Virus record (IMG/VR): IMGVR_UViG_2724679538_000004
Coordinates: 32,001 to 96,000 of that record
Reading direction: 5' to 3' (one strand)
DNA: 64,000 nt
Source: a virus
Taxonomy: Duplodnaviria; Heunggongvirae; Uroviricota; Caudoviricetes
Part shown: positions 47,325 through 56,716 of the stretch, piece by piece
How positions within the stretch are numbered: position 1 is the first letter of the stretch
Layout: the number at the start of each line of letters is the position of its first letter
Notes under the pieces: model-generated
What the model was told of the DNA's origin: nothing
Database searches by the model: none
Seen by the model: the letters and a program-made list of their open reading frames with translations, nothing else
Made by a program: the position numbers and the translations under genes

Positions 47325-47455
47325 CCACCAGCTGCCGCAGGGAAATTTTCAGAAACGGCGAGGAACGCATTCATGAACCGACGGGAAACGGCCAAGATTT
47401 TTTCGGGAAACGGCTGCATTCGCCTTTATGTAGAAAAACATCGGGAAGCTGGTGG
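47325..47455 (+). repeat. second GGA-rich repeat array (GGGAAATTTTC, AGAAACGGCG, GGGAAACGGCC, GGGAAACGGCT) enclosed by 9-bp inverted repeat CCACCAGCT / AGCTGGTGG
   Basis: Same core motif as the 43831-43970 array; flanking inverted repeat about 110 nt apart. Confidence 0.6.
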
Positions 47456-47880
47456 AATCCAACCAGCGGTTGTCGGACAGGTGAGCGCGGAAAATAATGA
47501 TGACTTTCGTCGCCTGAGACATACAGATTTCTTTCATAGCGTAATCACATACGTGATTAAGTAGTGTGATTATGTGAAAAATCACGCGCACATAATACGC
47601 GAGCGGATAAAGAACAACACAAAATGCCGATCCGCGCCGACAAATAAACGCGGATCACATAGCAAGACTAATAACCAATGATTAGCCATACATTATAACG
47701 CAATATAACGCGATTTAAGCGCGTTAATGTGTTAAGTAATGGGTATGTACTGGTAAGGATGTAAAAGCGCGTCTATGGTGTTATTTTGGCGCTTATTTTT
47801 ATGTTGTTGGAGTGAGTCAAAGACAATAAAAAAACGCGCCATTGATGGCGCGTTATTGTGGAAGTATTGGAAACGAAAAA

Positions 47881-47899
47881 AGCGCCCATAGTGGGCGCT
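47881..47899. terminator. hairpin AGCGCCCATAGTGGGCGCT flanked by A-run and T-run (bidirectional)
   Basis: Identical copy at 48151-48168; lies at the 3' end of the minus-strand gene 47904..48134. Confidence 0.6.
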
Positions 47900-47903
47900 C
47901 GAT

Positions 47904-48134
47904 TTATTTATGTAAACTGATTTCAAATCCCATTTCTACAAACGCTTTCAGCATTAAAAATATATCAGCGTCGTTCACCTCAGCTTTTTTGCGCTCCTGG
48001 TCGCTCAATAAGTCAATTTTGCGCGTCGTTTCATCTATAAGCTCGACTGCGCGCCCAGCGTAACCAGCGATCCCAGCGATCCGATTTACATAATATTCAT
48101 TGTGGACGTTAACGCCAGCGATAAGAATAAACAT
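47904..48134 (-). CDS. hypothetical protein
   Basis: 76-aa ORF bracketed by two copies of the same terminator hairpin. Confidence 0.4.
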   Translation of the reverse strand: MFILIAGVNVHNEYYVNRIAGIAGYAGRAVELIDETTRKIDLLSDQERKKAEVNDADIFLMLKAFVEMGFEISLHK

Positions 48135-48150
48135 GATTAAGCTCCTTAAA

Positions 48151-48168
48151 AGCGCCCATAGTGGGCGC
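48151..48168. terminator. hairpin AGCGCCCATAGTGGGCGC (second copy)
   Basis: Between minus-strand genes 48182..48832 and 47904..48134. Confidence 0.55.
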
Positions 48169-48181
48169 CAGATTCCATTAA

Positions 48182-48832
48182 TTACGCTTTGAAAGCATCA
48201 GCCAGATAGTTATAGAAATCATTTTTAATAAAGCGATATTGCTGCGTACCAGCTTTTGCGCTTCCCATTCCTTTGACTTTCTCAACAAGTCCAAGACGTT
48301 CACAAAGATTAATTAGCTGATTAGCTTGAGTATAGCCAGCGTCAAGTTTAATCTCACACGCTTTTTTAGCTTCATTCATTAAATCGAAAACAGCGCCATT
48401 TGTGAACGTCTCGATCTCGTCGTTAATCATATCGATTAAAGCGAATACACGAGATCCTGACATATCAGCGACGGAATATACACATGTTCCAGCTTTAATA
48501 GATTTAACAAGATAAACCAGCTTTTCCAGTGAATAACTATTAGTCATAGCGTCACGGAAAAATACTTCTGGGGCTTGTTTACTTGCTTTAATCGCATAGT
48601 AGAAAACAGAACATAATTTATCGTCTTCTACTGCGTTAACCACGTTGTTGATGAAGTAAGCAAGCTTAGTGGTCGCAGCTTGCATATTTGCTTTGTCTGC
48701 TTTAGTGTGCGTACCATTTTTATAATGTTCGTTATATGTTTGAGTTGCCAGATCTGCTTTTTCGCGCAGCTCATCGGATACAATGGAAGCAGCTTCAATG
48801 ATGGATTTTTTAGAAATGATAATGTTAGCCAT
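48182..48832 (-). CDS. hypothetical protein (AT-rich codon usage)
   Basis: 216-aa ORF with GGAAAATTATC RBS context. Confidence 0.55.
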   Translation of the reverse strand: MANIIISKKSIIEAASIVSDELREKADLATQTYNEHYKNGTHTKADKANMQAATTKLAYFINNVVNAVEDDKLCSVFYYAIKASKQAPEVFFRDAMTNSYSLEKLVYLVKSIKAGTCVYSVADMSGSRVFALIDMINDEIETFTNGAVFDLMNEAKKACEIKLDAGYTQANQLINLCERLGLVEKVKGMGSAKAGTQQYRFIKNDFYNYLADAFKA

Positions 48833-49115
48833 GATAATTTTCCTTATGTAAATTTAAAATTTATTGTCGTTAGCGTCTTCGCTTTCGACGAGTTCAATTA
48901 TCGATACGCGAAAAAAGATTTCAAGTGTTTTTTTAAATTTTTTTGCAGGGACGAAAGTCCTAGAAATAAAAGCGAGATCGTCGAAGGTGTTCCCTAAATA
49001 AATAATCGATTCCGGCTTTTGACCTTATATATATTTAGGTTATTTAATTTATAGAATATAAAGAAGTGACATGAAAAATAATAACCGGACTTAGCCGGTT
49101 ATTAACCTTATAGAT

Positions 49116-49424
49116 TTATTGGACAGACTCTACAGCCTTACGATTGGTGTCAAATAGCGCATCAACGAACTGTGCCGATGACTCGCTAGATTCGCAATCC
49201 AACATTGCCCGTTCTTCATTTGCCACTTTCTTACACAGTTCCACATTCTCACCTATCGCTTTTCCTGCTTTTACGGCTGCCGAAAATTGATACATGCAAA
49301 CTGATACATTCTGAGACGTTGAGCACACGTCATTCATCAGCGACTGAATGACAGGCTTATAGTCCATTGCATTTGCCGCAACTGAGCAAAGTAAAAATAA
49401 TGGTGGTAACAATATCGATTTCAT
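49116..49424 (-). CDS. small secreted Cys-containing protein
   Basis: Signal peptide MKSILLPPLFLLCSVAANA. Confidence 0.5.
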   Translation of the reverse strand: MKSILLPPLFLLCSVAANAMDYKPVIQSLMNDVCSTSQNVSVCMYQFSAAVKAGKAIGENVELCKKVANEERAMLDCESSESSAQFVDALFDTNRKAVESVQ

Positions 49425-49427
49425 AAC

Positions 49428-49952
49428 TCAAAAAGGCAAAATTCGTTCAACCCAATCGAACAAAACAACTATTTTTCTACCGTTCTCGACACGTAGTGTA
49501 ACCTGACAAGCATCTGCGCCTGCTGACACCCCCTCAATTTCACGGCCATCCGCCATGTACACCCTTATAGATTTGTTTGCTTTATGGGCCTGGTTGCAAA
49601 TTGCAAAAAAATCACGGCGTGATGGCCGATTGTCAACATAATCAGGGTGAACTGTTAATCGACCTTTGAAATCGTGAGCGATACCGTCAACCACACCTGA
49701 TTCAATTGTACTAATGCGTTCAAGTGGAAGCCTTATACGATTTTCTTTGTCAAAAGGGGCTGGGCAAAGATCAACTTTGTTACGAGATGGCATGAGACCA
49801 TAAACGTACATGCAAAACGCCTGGCCATCTTCGAGAGTGGCCCTTACAGGAATTTGTTCTCTGCGCCAGAACATCAGGAGGTTTTCAATATTCTTATAAT
49901 CTCGCGGCCAGACCTCCGCTGGCACGCCGTAGGTGATGTCTTTAGTCGTCAT
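49428..49952 (-). CDS. hypothetical protein
   Basis: ATG at 49952, 4 nt after the lipoprotein stop; the longer track ORF would overlap the upstream gene. Confidence 0.5.
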   Translation of the reverse strand: MTTKDITYGVPAEVWPRDYKNIENLLMFWRREQIPVRATLEDGQAFCMYVYGLMPSRNKVDLCPAPFDKENRIRLPLERISTIESGVVDGIAHDFKGRLTVHPDYVDNRPSRRDFFAICNQAHKANKSIRVYMADGREIEGVSAGADACQVTLRVENGRKIVVLFDWVERILPF

Positions 49953-49956
49953 GTCA

Positions 49957-50376
49957 TTATAAAGTTGTTGGCAATATATCCATTGTACCATCCCAGGTTG
50001 TGAAGACCCGATATGTTTTAGCATCGTTTTGTTTTAGCCTTATTTCTCGCTCCATCCGAGAAGGGTTAAATGCGCAAAGCCCTGAGCTTTCAATTGATGT
50101 GCCAACTATCCACTCACCTTCATTAAGAAAGAAGGTGACTTTTTCTCCTGGTTTCAACTTGGCGGATGTCTCACCATTGATAAAAATGGAGGCATAACAG
50201 CCTGAGCCTACAAGACCTTTGTCTCGAACAATCGTTAATGTTGATACATTTGGCGTCTGGTATTTGAAGATTCTTTCTTGAGGCGCAACTTTCGCTTTTG
50301 AAACTGAGATAGAGGAGGATGAACACCCAATTAGAGAGGCCCCAAACATTAAAATAATGAATTTTGTAGCTTTCAT
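49957..50376 (-). CDS. lipoprotein
   Basis: MKATKFIILMFGASLIGCSSS is a signal peptide with lipobox LIGC. Confidence 0.6.
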   Translation of the reverse strand: MKATKFIILMFGASLIGCSSSSISVSKAKVAPQERIFKYQTPNVSTLTIVRDKGLVGSGCYASIFINGETSAKLKPGEKVTFFLNEGEWIVGTSIESSGLCAFNPSRMEREIRLKQNDAKTYRVFTTWDGTMDILPTTL

Positions 50377-50400
50377 AGTACCTAACATATTAATTCATCG

Positions 50401-50943
50401 TTATTTATTGATTAGTGTTCTCTTGTAAATATCTACCAGAAGATCGTCTCTTTTAATATCGGTGCAGATATCATCGAATGTCAATGTTTTCGATAATATG
50501 CTTGCATTGTACTTTTCTATGAAACATTTTAGCGCCAGGTGGTCCTTGAAAATGAATGAAAAACCATATGATGAATCGCTATCATCTATGTATCTTTTGG
50601 CTTTAGGATAACCGTATAAATTTGAATGTAATTCTAATTTACCAGGCGACACACCATCACATGAATTCATAATCGAGAACAAACACGATAAATTGTATGG
50701 GTAAAATACAATACCGCAATTGGTTTTTACCCCCTCAATATCTTTAACATATATATAGTGTTCATAATCGTCTTTATATGAAGCCTTAAGCTTATATCTG
50801 ATTAGTTTATGTTCGCCATTTTGTATTGGAGATAGATATGCCTGTTTTGCTAAACAAGATTTTTTTGACTTATAATATGTATGAATGCATTCTTTAATCT
50901 GCCTTGCACTCAAATAGTTATTGTCAATATTTAGCTTTCCCAT
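50401..50943 (-). CDS. hypothetical protein (Lys/Asn/Tyr/Ile-rich, AT-rich codon usage)
   Basis: 180-aa ORF, first gene of a four-gene reverse-strand cluster. Confidence 0.5.
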   Translation of the reverse strand: MGKLNIDNNYLSARQIKECIHTYYKSKKSCLAKQAYLSPIQNGEHKLIRYKLKASYKDDYEHYIYVKDIEGVKTNCGIVFYPYNLSCLFSIMNSCDGVSPGKLELHSNLYGYPKAKRYIDDSDSSYGFSFIFKDHLALKCFIEKYNASILSKTLTFDDICTDIKRDDLLVDIYKRTLINK

Positions 50944-51043
50944 ATAGCTCTATAAACTGAAACCAAAACGCTTGTTAATAGCCTACAAACCTCGTTCAGC
51001 CAATCAAGTTTTTTTCTCAGCCGGAGGCTTGCGCTTATAAAAA

Positions 51044-51059
51044 TGTGATCAATATCACG
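51044..51059. promoter_or_regulatory. CRP-like site TGTGATCAATATCACG upstream of the reverse-strand cluster
   Basis: Matches TGTGA-N6-TCACA at 9 of 10 positions; about 100 bp upstream of the start at 50943. Confidence 0.35.
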
Positions 51060-51262
51060 CATTGTCGCTCACTACATACACGTGAACTCTCACAATCTTC
51101 TAGTTACGCCTGATTGATTTATAGCCTTTTTGGTGAAAACAAGAGCAAATTGTGAATTTTATTTAATATCAGAGGATAATTACTTCAACAACATCATTGA
51201 TGTGCCTCTTTTGACAAGTAAGCACATCATAATCTTAGTAATTAGAGGAAGAAGATAGAACG

Positions 51263-51559
51263 TTACGGTAGCCTGCTAAGGATTTCGTCCAGATCTTCCT
51301 TAGTCAAATTTGAGTTTTCATAAATCTGCATAATCCTTTCGCGAGCTTTAGCAGAAGCTTTTGCAGTTGCGCCCAAAGAAGAAGCAATTTTGTCAAACTC
51401 GGCCATCGGCATCTTTTCAAGTACAACATTGATGATTTCAGACTTTGACAGTTTTAGGTTTTTGTCTTTCAGTTTGGCTTTAAATTTTGTTAGTTTGTTG
51501 TTCGCCTGTTCAGTTAATGCGACCTGACAATACGTTGTTTTTTTCTCGCTCATAGTCAA
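51263..51559 (-). CDS. hypothetical protein
   Basis: 98-aa ORF immediately downstream of the helicase gene on the same strand. Confidence 0.45.
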   Translation of the reverse strand: MTMSEKKTTYCQVALTEQANNKLTKFKAKLKDKNLKLSKSEIINVVLEKMPMAEFDKIASSLGATAKASAKARERIMQIYENSNLTKEDLDEILSRLP

Positions 51560-53115
51560 TCTCGTTTCAAAATCCCAAAATCAAAAGTACCACCTACTGG
51601 CAAAACGCCTTCCGCAAAACCTGGTGTTGTATCGATAATATGCTTCCGTTCGTAAGAATGAGACAGTAAGTATTTATTACTAACGTCAATAAAATCACTG
51701 ATAAAGCACACATTGGCTTGATTTTTCTTGGCTCGAAGGCCGCGACCAACACGTTGCCTCATCTCAACTTCGGCCTTTCCACCACCAGCCAGAATCACTG
51801 CCCCAACACTCGGTACATCAACACCAACATCCAGAATAGTCGACCCTATTAAAACATCTATTTCGCCGGACGCTAAACTATTCAATTTTGCTTGCCTTGT
51901 CGATTGGTTGGACTCGCCATAAATGAAGTCAACTTTCAGACCGGACTCCTTCATCATTTCCATTAAGATCTGCCCGTGGCGCTTAAGGCGAACTAGAGTC
52001 ATACAGTTCAGAGAATGCTTTTTATACATTAACGCTTCTCGAACTATGGCCTCGTTACGACTTAGATTATATACGATCCCCAACTGATAAGCCTTTTGGT
52101 AGGCGGTACTCATGCCAACCCTAAAATTTAGATGCTTATTAGCGAGTTCAGCCTTGATTCGTGCCTCGTCTGGAATGTAGGCAATTTTATGATAGAGGAA
52201 GTATGGTTTGGCCAAAATACCTTTATCAATTAGATATTTTTCTGTGACCTTGATTTCTATGCGACCAGCCACGGCCATCAGGCGCATGTTGGCTTCGGTA
52301 GAGTCCTTCATGAAAGGGGTTGCAGTCAGCGCAAGACGATAATCTGCGTTCACACAAAGACGGGCGATATCATAGAAGTTGGAGCCGGAAGACTCATGGG
52401 CTTCTTCAAGAATGAGAAGAGAAACGCTAGAAAGAAAGCGCTTTACCAAATCTCGGCGTTTTAGATGGTAGTTTTTCTTATCTGCCGATGCGTCTCGTGG
52501 CGGCTCTTCAAGGAAGCTTGCCAATGTCTGTACCGTGGCGACGTTGATATGACGTGAAACCTGAAACTCACCAGATCCAATTACTCCAACTTTCTGACCT
52601 TTTAGCCATGATTCGCCATTTTCTGCACGGTAATCGATAGATTTCTGAAAGTTTTCTGCCATTTGATACATCAGAACAGAACGAGTGGTTAAAAATAGCG
52701 TCATGCGGCCAATTCTTGCAGCTGCTTTACATGCAACGTTAGATTTCCCGCCACCAGTTGCGATCTGCGCAATCATCATCCCTTCTCGTACTAGAGTTTC
52801 TACCGTCTGATCCTGATATGCATAATCTGGGTTATATGGGAAAGGGTTAACAACTGGGTTTGGTTTCCCAAGTGCAGGGGCTTTGTCCTTTCGAATATGT
52901 AAGCATTTGATGCCTGCTTTATTCAGATTCGAGGCTACAGGCTTCGCGAATCCAGCGGGGAACGAGTTTTTGCTCCAGTTGAACATGGTGCTTGTGCCTT
53001 TCCAATCACCAGCTTCAACTTCATAGCTCAGCATCTCTTGCACGAGTCGTTTTACATTGTCATCAGCGCCAGAAATCAGTGCGTTTACAGCATTAGATAC
53101 AATCCGAACTGTCAT
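51556..53115 (-). CDS. superfamily 2 DNA helicase (DEAD/DEAH-box, type III restriction res-like)
   Basis: Walker A TGGGKS (motif I), motif II LLILEEAHE, C-terminal helicase domain. Confidence 0.75.
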   Translation of the reverse strand: MTVRIVSNAVNALISGADDNVKRLVQEMLSYEVEAGDWKGTSTMFNWSKNSFPAGFAKPVASNLNKAGIKCLHIRKDKAPALGKPNPVVNPFPYNPDYAYQDQTVETLVREGMMIAQIATGGGKSNVACKAAARIGRMTLFLTTRSVLMYQMAENFQKSIDYRAENGESWLKGQKVGVIGSGEFQVSRHINVATVQTLASFLEEPPRDASADKKNYHLKRRDLVKRFLSSVSLLILEEAHESSGSNFYDIARLCVNADYRLALTATPFMKDSTEANMRLMAVAGRIEIKVTEKYLIDKGILAKPYFLYHKIAYIPDEARIKAELANKHLNFRVGMSTAYQKAYQLGIVYNLSRNEAIVREALMYKKHSLNCMTLVRLKRHGQILMEMMKESGLKVDFIYGESNQSTRQAKLNSLASGEIDVLIGSTILDVGVDVPSVGAVILAGGGKAEVEMRQRVGRGLRAKKNQANVCFISDFIDVSNKYLLSHSYERKHIIDTTPGFAEGVLPVGGTFDFGILKRD

Positions 53116-53179
53116 AAATCTCTTTCCTTCGTGCCTTTTGTGTGTTATTTGGCTATCATAATAAGTAAGTGCTTATCTA

Positions 53180-53878
53180 ATGGATTGTATCAGCAAAATG
53201 GATGTGAAAATCACGATTTTGCAGGTTGAAGTGGCCAACCTGCGTCCAAATTCATGGAACACCAACTCAGTAGGTGCTCAAAACTTCGAAAAACTGAAAG
53301 GATCTATCGAAAAATTGGGCTTTTTTAAGCCTATTTTGGCGCGTGAGCTTAATGACGGCATTTATGAAATCCTCGGCGGCGAACATCGCTGGCGTGCGGC
53401 CATTGAACAAGGAATTTCAACGGTTCCAGTGCTATCGGTTGGCAAAATTAGCGACTTAGTAGCGAAACAGATGTCACTCGTGGACAACGAACGCTACGGC
53501 GAAGACGATCAGATTGCTTTGCAGCGCTTTATTGAAGAAATTCAGTCTGAACTCGATTACCAGTTGTCAGAAATTGCCCCTTATGACGATGAAATTTCTA
53601 TGGTTCTTGCAAAAGAGGCTGCAATTGACCTCGAAGCTCTTGAGGCACTGTCGCGTGGGGAGGATGAGCCTGTAGATACTGACAAGCGTGAAAAAATCGA
53701 ACGCGCCGGAACAGATCATCAGACCATGCGTTTCAAAGTTACCTTTGATGCGTCAGATCGTGTTGCCGACACAATAAAAAACATCATCAAAGAACAAGCA
53801 ATTAACACTGGCAATGAAATGGAGAACGCTGGTGAGGCTTTGGTGTGGCTGGTCGACTACTACAAGGAGCGTATGTAA
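53180..53878 (+). CDS. ParB N-terminal domain (ParB/sulfiredoxin-fold) protein
   Basis: ILGGEHRWRAA resembles the ParB box II GxxRxxA motif. Confidence 0.6.
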   Translation: MDCISKMDVKITILQVEVANLRPNSWNTNSVGAQNFEKLKGSIEKLGFFKPILARELNDGIYEILGGEHRWRAAIEQGISTVPVLSVGKISDLVAKQMSLVDNERYGEDDQIALQRFIEEIQSELDYQLSEIAPYDDEISMVLAKEAAIDLEALEALSRGEDEPVDTDKREKIERAGTDHQTMRFKVTFDASDRVADTIKNIIKEQAINTGNEMENAGEALVWLVDYYKERM

Positions 53879-54546
53879 TGACCAAAAAGTTTGAAATCGT
53901 ATATCGCAATCCGGCAGATCTCATTCCTTACGAGATGAATGCCAAAAAGCATGATGAACAGCAGATCCGAGATCTGGCCGCAGCCATTAAAAAGCGCGGA
54001 TTTGACCAGCCAATTACGGTCGATAAGAACGACGTAATTATTACTGGCCACGGCCGCCGTGAGGCTGCAATTTTTGCTGGGCTTGAGCGCGTACCAGTTA
54101 TTGTTCGCGATGATCTGAGTGATGACGAGGTTCGTGCGAAGCGCCTTGAAGATAACCGACTCGCCAGCATTGATTACGATGCAATTAAGCTACAGAAAGA
54201 GCTTGAGTCGCTTGTTCTGGACGATATCGAGGTTTTCGGCTTTGAAGAGCGAGAGTTGAATGTTCTCGTTGGCAGCATGACTGAGGAAATGGATACCGAC
54301 TCGTTAGTTATCGATCTGGGCGAAGAAACCAAACGACAGAAGGATGAGCACACCGAAATCAGTCGTGAAGTTGCAGCGGAAGAAGTGCGCGTTGTCGACG
54401 TATTGGGCTTTAAAACGCTCCCTGCTGGCTCTGCCATTGTTGTTGGTGATTTGCTTGCCCACATGGAAGAAATGACTGGAGAAAGCGGGGTAGACGCATT
54501 TGTGGCATATGCGGAGAAGATCTCTTCCGGGGAGATGACTGCATGA
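53878..54546 (+). CDS. second ParB N-terminal domain protein
   Basis: ITGHGRREAAIFAGL ParB-box-like motif; AGGAG RBS before ATG 53878 (TAATG overlap with previous stop). Confidence 0.6.
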   Translation: MTKKFEIVYRNPADLIPYEMNAKKHDEQQIRDLAAAIKKRGFDQPITVDKNDVIITGHGRREAAIFAGLERVPVIVRDDLSDDEVRAKRLEDNRLASIDYDAIKLQKELESLVLDDIEVFGFEERELNVLVGSMTEEMDTDSLVIDLGEETKRQKDEHTEISREVAAEEVRVVDVLGFKTLPAGSAIVVGDLLAHMEEMTGESGVDAFVAYAEKISSGEMTA

Positions 54547-55181
54547 GCAAATACATCATCAACGTATCGTTTCAGACTCGCGTAAATAAAACCACGCGCA
54601 CGTTGGAAATCGCCGAGTCGTTCGGGCTTGGCCTTGACGAAAAAGAGTGGACGCTTTACGACAATCTGGAGCTGGAAGTTAAGCAGGGCGATGTAGTGTA
54701 CATCACCGGCCAATCCGGTTCAGGCAAATCAGTTGTGCTGCGCGAACTGCAACGCCAGATGAAAGATGAAGGGCTTTCTGTGGCCTCCATCGATGATTTT
54801 ACATTCGACAATGATGTTAACGTCATCGACCAGCTAGGGAAAACAACCAGCGAAGCGCTGGGGCTGCTGTCTATGGCCGGATTGAATGACGCCTATCTCT
54901 TTGTGCGCAAACCTTCCGAAATGTCTGACGGTCAGAAATATCGTCTCAAGATCGCCAAGCTAATTGAGTCAGGCGCAAAAGTGTGGGCTGCGGACGAGTT
55001 CGGTGCTGTTCTTGATCGTGTAACGGCGCAGGTCGTGGCGTCCAATCTACAGCGTGCAGCCCGTAAAGTTGGGGCGACGGTGATGGTTGCGACAACTCAT
55101 GAGGACCTTAAAAACGCTCTTCGTCCTGATATGCAGATCACTAAGCACTATAAAGAGCGAGTGAAGGTGGAATATGCCTGA
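54543..55181 (+). CDS. stand-alone ABC-type ATPase
   Basis: Walker A GQSGSGKS, signature-like MSDGQKYR, Walker B VWAADEFGAVLD, H-loop TTHE. Confidence 0.7.
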   Translation: MSKYIINVSFQTRVNKTTRTLEIAESFGLGLDEKEWTLYDNLELEVKQGDVVYITGQSGSGKSVVLRELQRQMKDEGLSVASIDDFTFDNDVNVIDQLGKTTSEALGLLSMAGLNDAYLFVRKPSEMSDGQKYRLKIAKLIESGAKVWAADEFGAVLDRVTAQVVASNLQRAARKVGATVMVATTHEDLKNALRPDMQITKHYKERVKVEYA

Positions 55182-55428
55182 TTTGAAGATTGTAGAGCTG
55201 AAGCCATCGAAAGAGGATGACAATAACAATGTTGAGGTCATCCGCTTGCTGGAAGAAGCACTCCAGTACGCCAGAGAAGGCAAATCCCAGAGTCTGGCGC
55301 TGCTGATGATCAATAACGACGGCAGTGTCATGGATTGCTGGCATAACGGTGGGCGTCCTTACGTCATGGTTGGGGCGATGGAATCGCTTCGCCTGGACTT
55401 CATCAATGCCAATATAGAGCGCAGGTGA
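55174..55428 (+). CDS. hypothetical small protein
   Basis: 84-aa ORF overlapping both neighbours. Confidence 0.45.
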   Translation: MPDLKIVELKPSKEDDNNNVEVIRLLEEALQYAREGKSQSLALLMINNDGSVMDCWHNGGRPYVMVGAMESLRLDFINANIERR

Positions 55429-56324
55429 TCGACATGACAGACATCATCATCAAACGCTACCGCCTTGAAGAGTTTCCGCGTCATCTGGACTTTCTGGAGC
55501 GAATGACTGTCACAAAGGGGACTGTAGAGGACTGGCACGCTCTTAAGTCGCTTCACTACAAAACTGACGGCAAACCTTTCGCACCAACTTATTATCGCTG
55601 CGAACTGGATGGCCGTCTGGTGGGCGTCGTGGTAATGGCTTACCCGAAACTTTTGCTGGCACCTCGCCATCGCATGTTTCCTAAGTTGAAACCAACCACT
55701 AACACCACCGTGGCGAACCAGTACTGGGGGCGATACGTGAATAACAACTTTGCGGTGATCAGTCGCTCAGTTGTGGATACTCAGTACCGTGGCGTTGGCG
55801 TCTCTTATCGAATGATTAACCTGGTTAGCAGGATGCATGATCGGCCAATAATTGAGATCCAGTCCTCAATGAGCAAATACAATCCCTTCGCCATGAAAGC
55901 AGGGTTCAAGTTCATCCGCCCTGAGCGACCGAAGAGCTATGAAAGTGCACTGCGTGTGTTCCAGCGCCATTTCCGCTCCGACCCGGGAGATAACGAGGCG
56001 ATCGTCAAAGAGTTGTTCGCAATGAGCGAGTCCCGTCGTCGCCGTGCACTGCGTGATCTGGTGGCGGACTACCACAAGAACAGTTCCCTGGCAAAAGCTG
56101 GGCGGAATCGTGGCACGACGATTCAGGACATTGCCGACAGTCTCGTGGACGAGGCCAGCATAGTGAAGCTGCTCAAGGACATTCACAACCTGAGCTTTAC
56201 GTCTCCGTTGTATGGTGTGTACCGAAACCCTGACTTTGGCCGTCGACTGCCTGATTCGCTGCCACTGCTGGCATTCGACAAACAACCTTTGGATAAACCG
56301 TTAGAAATTGCTTTACCGGCATAA
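55425..56324 (+). CDS. GNAT-like acetyltransferase-fold protein with C-terminal extension (tentative)
   Basis: VVDTQYRGVGVSYRMINLV fits GNAT motif A (R-G-x-G); GTG start 55425 or ATG 55434. Confidence 0.45.
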   Translation: MIDMTDIIIKRYRLEEFPRHLDFLERMTVTKGTVEDWHALKSLHYKTDGKPFAPTYYRCELDGRLVGVVVMAYPKLLLAPRHRMFPKLKPTTNTTVANQYWGRYVNNNFAVISRSVVDTQYRGVGVSYRMINLVSRMHDRPIIEIQSSMSKYNPFAMKAGFKFIRPERPKSYESALRVFQRHFRSDPGDNEAIVKELFAMSESRRRRALRDLVADYHKNSSLAKAGRNRGTTIQDIADSLVDEASIVKLLKDIHNLSFTSPLYGVYRNPDFGRRLPDSLPLLAFDKQPLDKPLEIALPA

Positions 56325-56333
56325 GGATTTGCC

Positions 56334-56600
56334 ATGACGTTAACCGATAAACAAAAGGACATTATCAAAACGCTCAATCTCGGTTATGAACGAGGACATC
56401 TACTTGATCTGGACGAATTGCTTGAAGTTTTGCCCTACAAAACATCTAAGCAAAGTATCCAGTTCTCTATTCGCGCACTGATCAAAAAAGGGCTGGTGGA
56501 GAAAGGAAACACTCGCCAGCGCAGTGATACTCGATATCACCGTCGTACTCTTGGGTTAACTACTTTAGGTCGAGCACGAGCCAAATTACTGGTGATGTAA
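56334..56600 (+). CDS. small basic protein, probable winged-helix DNA-binding protein
   Basis: 88-aa ORF with GGAT RBS; basic C-terminus. Confidence 0.4.
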   Translation: MTLTDKQKDIIKTLNLGYERGHLLDLDELLEVLPYKTSKQSIQFSIRALIKKGLVEKGNTRQRSDTRYHRRTLGLTTLGRARAKLLVM

Positions 56601-56703
56601 TAGGTCTGGGGTGCTTATTTAAAGCCTGCGTCTGTATATATAAATAATAAATAACTTATTAAATATATACGGAAGCAGGTTCAATAAGACACGCCCAGAC
56701 CTA
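56601..56703. other. nested inverted-repeat element (outer TAGGTCTGGG / CCCAGACCTA; inner CCTGCGTCTGTATATAT / ATATATACGGAAGCAGG) around an AT-rich core, directly upstream of terS; candidate packaging or terminase-binding site
   Basis: Inverted repeats seen directly; position between the ParB-like operon and the small terminase subunit. Confidence 0.35.
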
Positions 56704-56716
56704 ATTTGACACCCCA

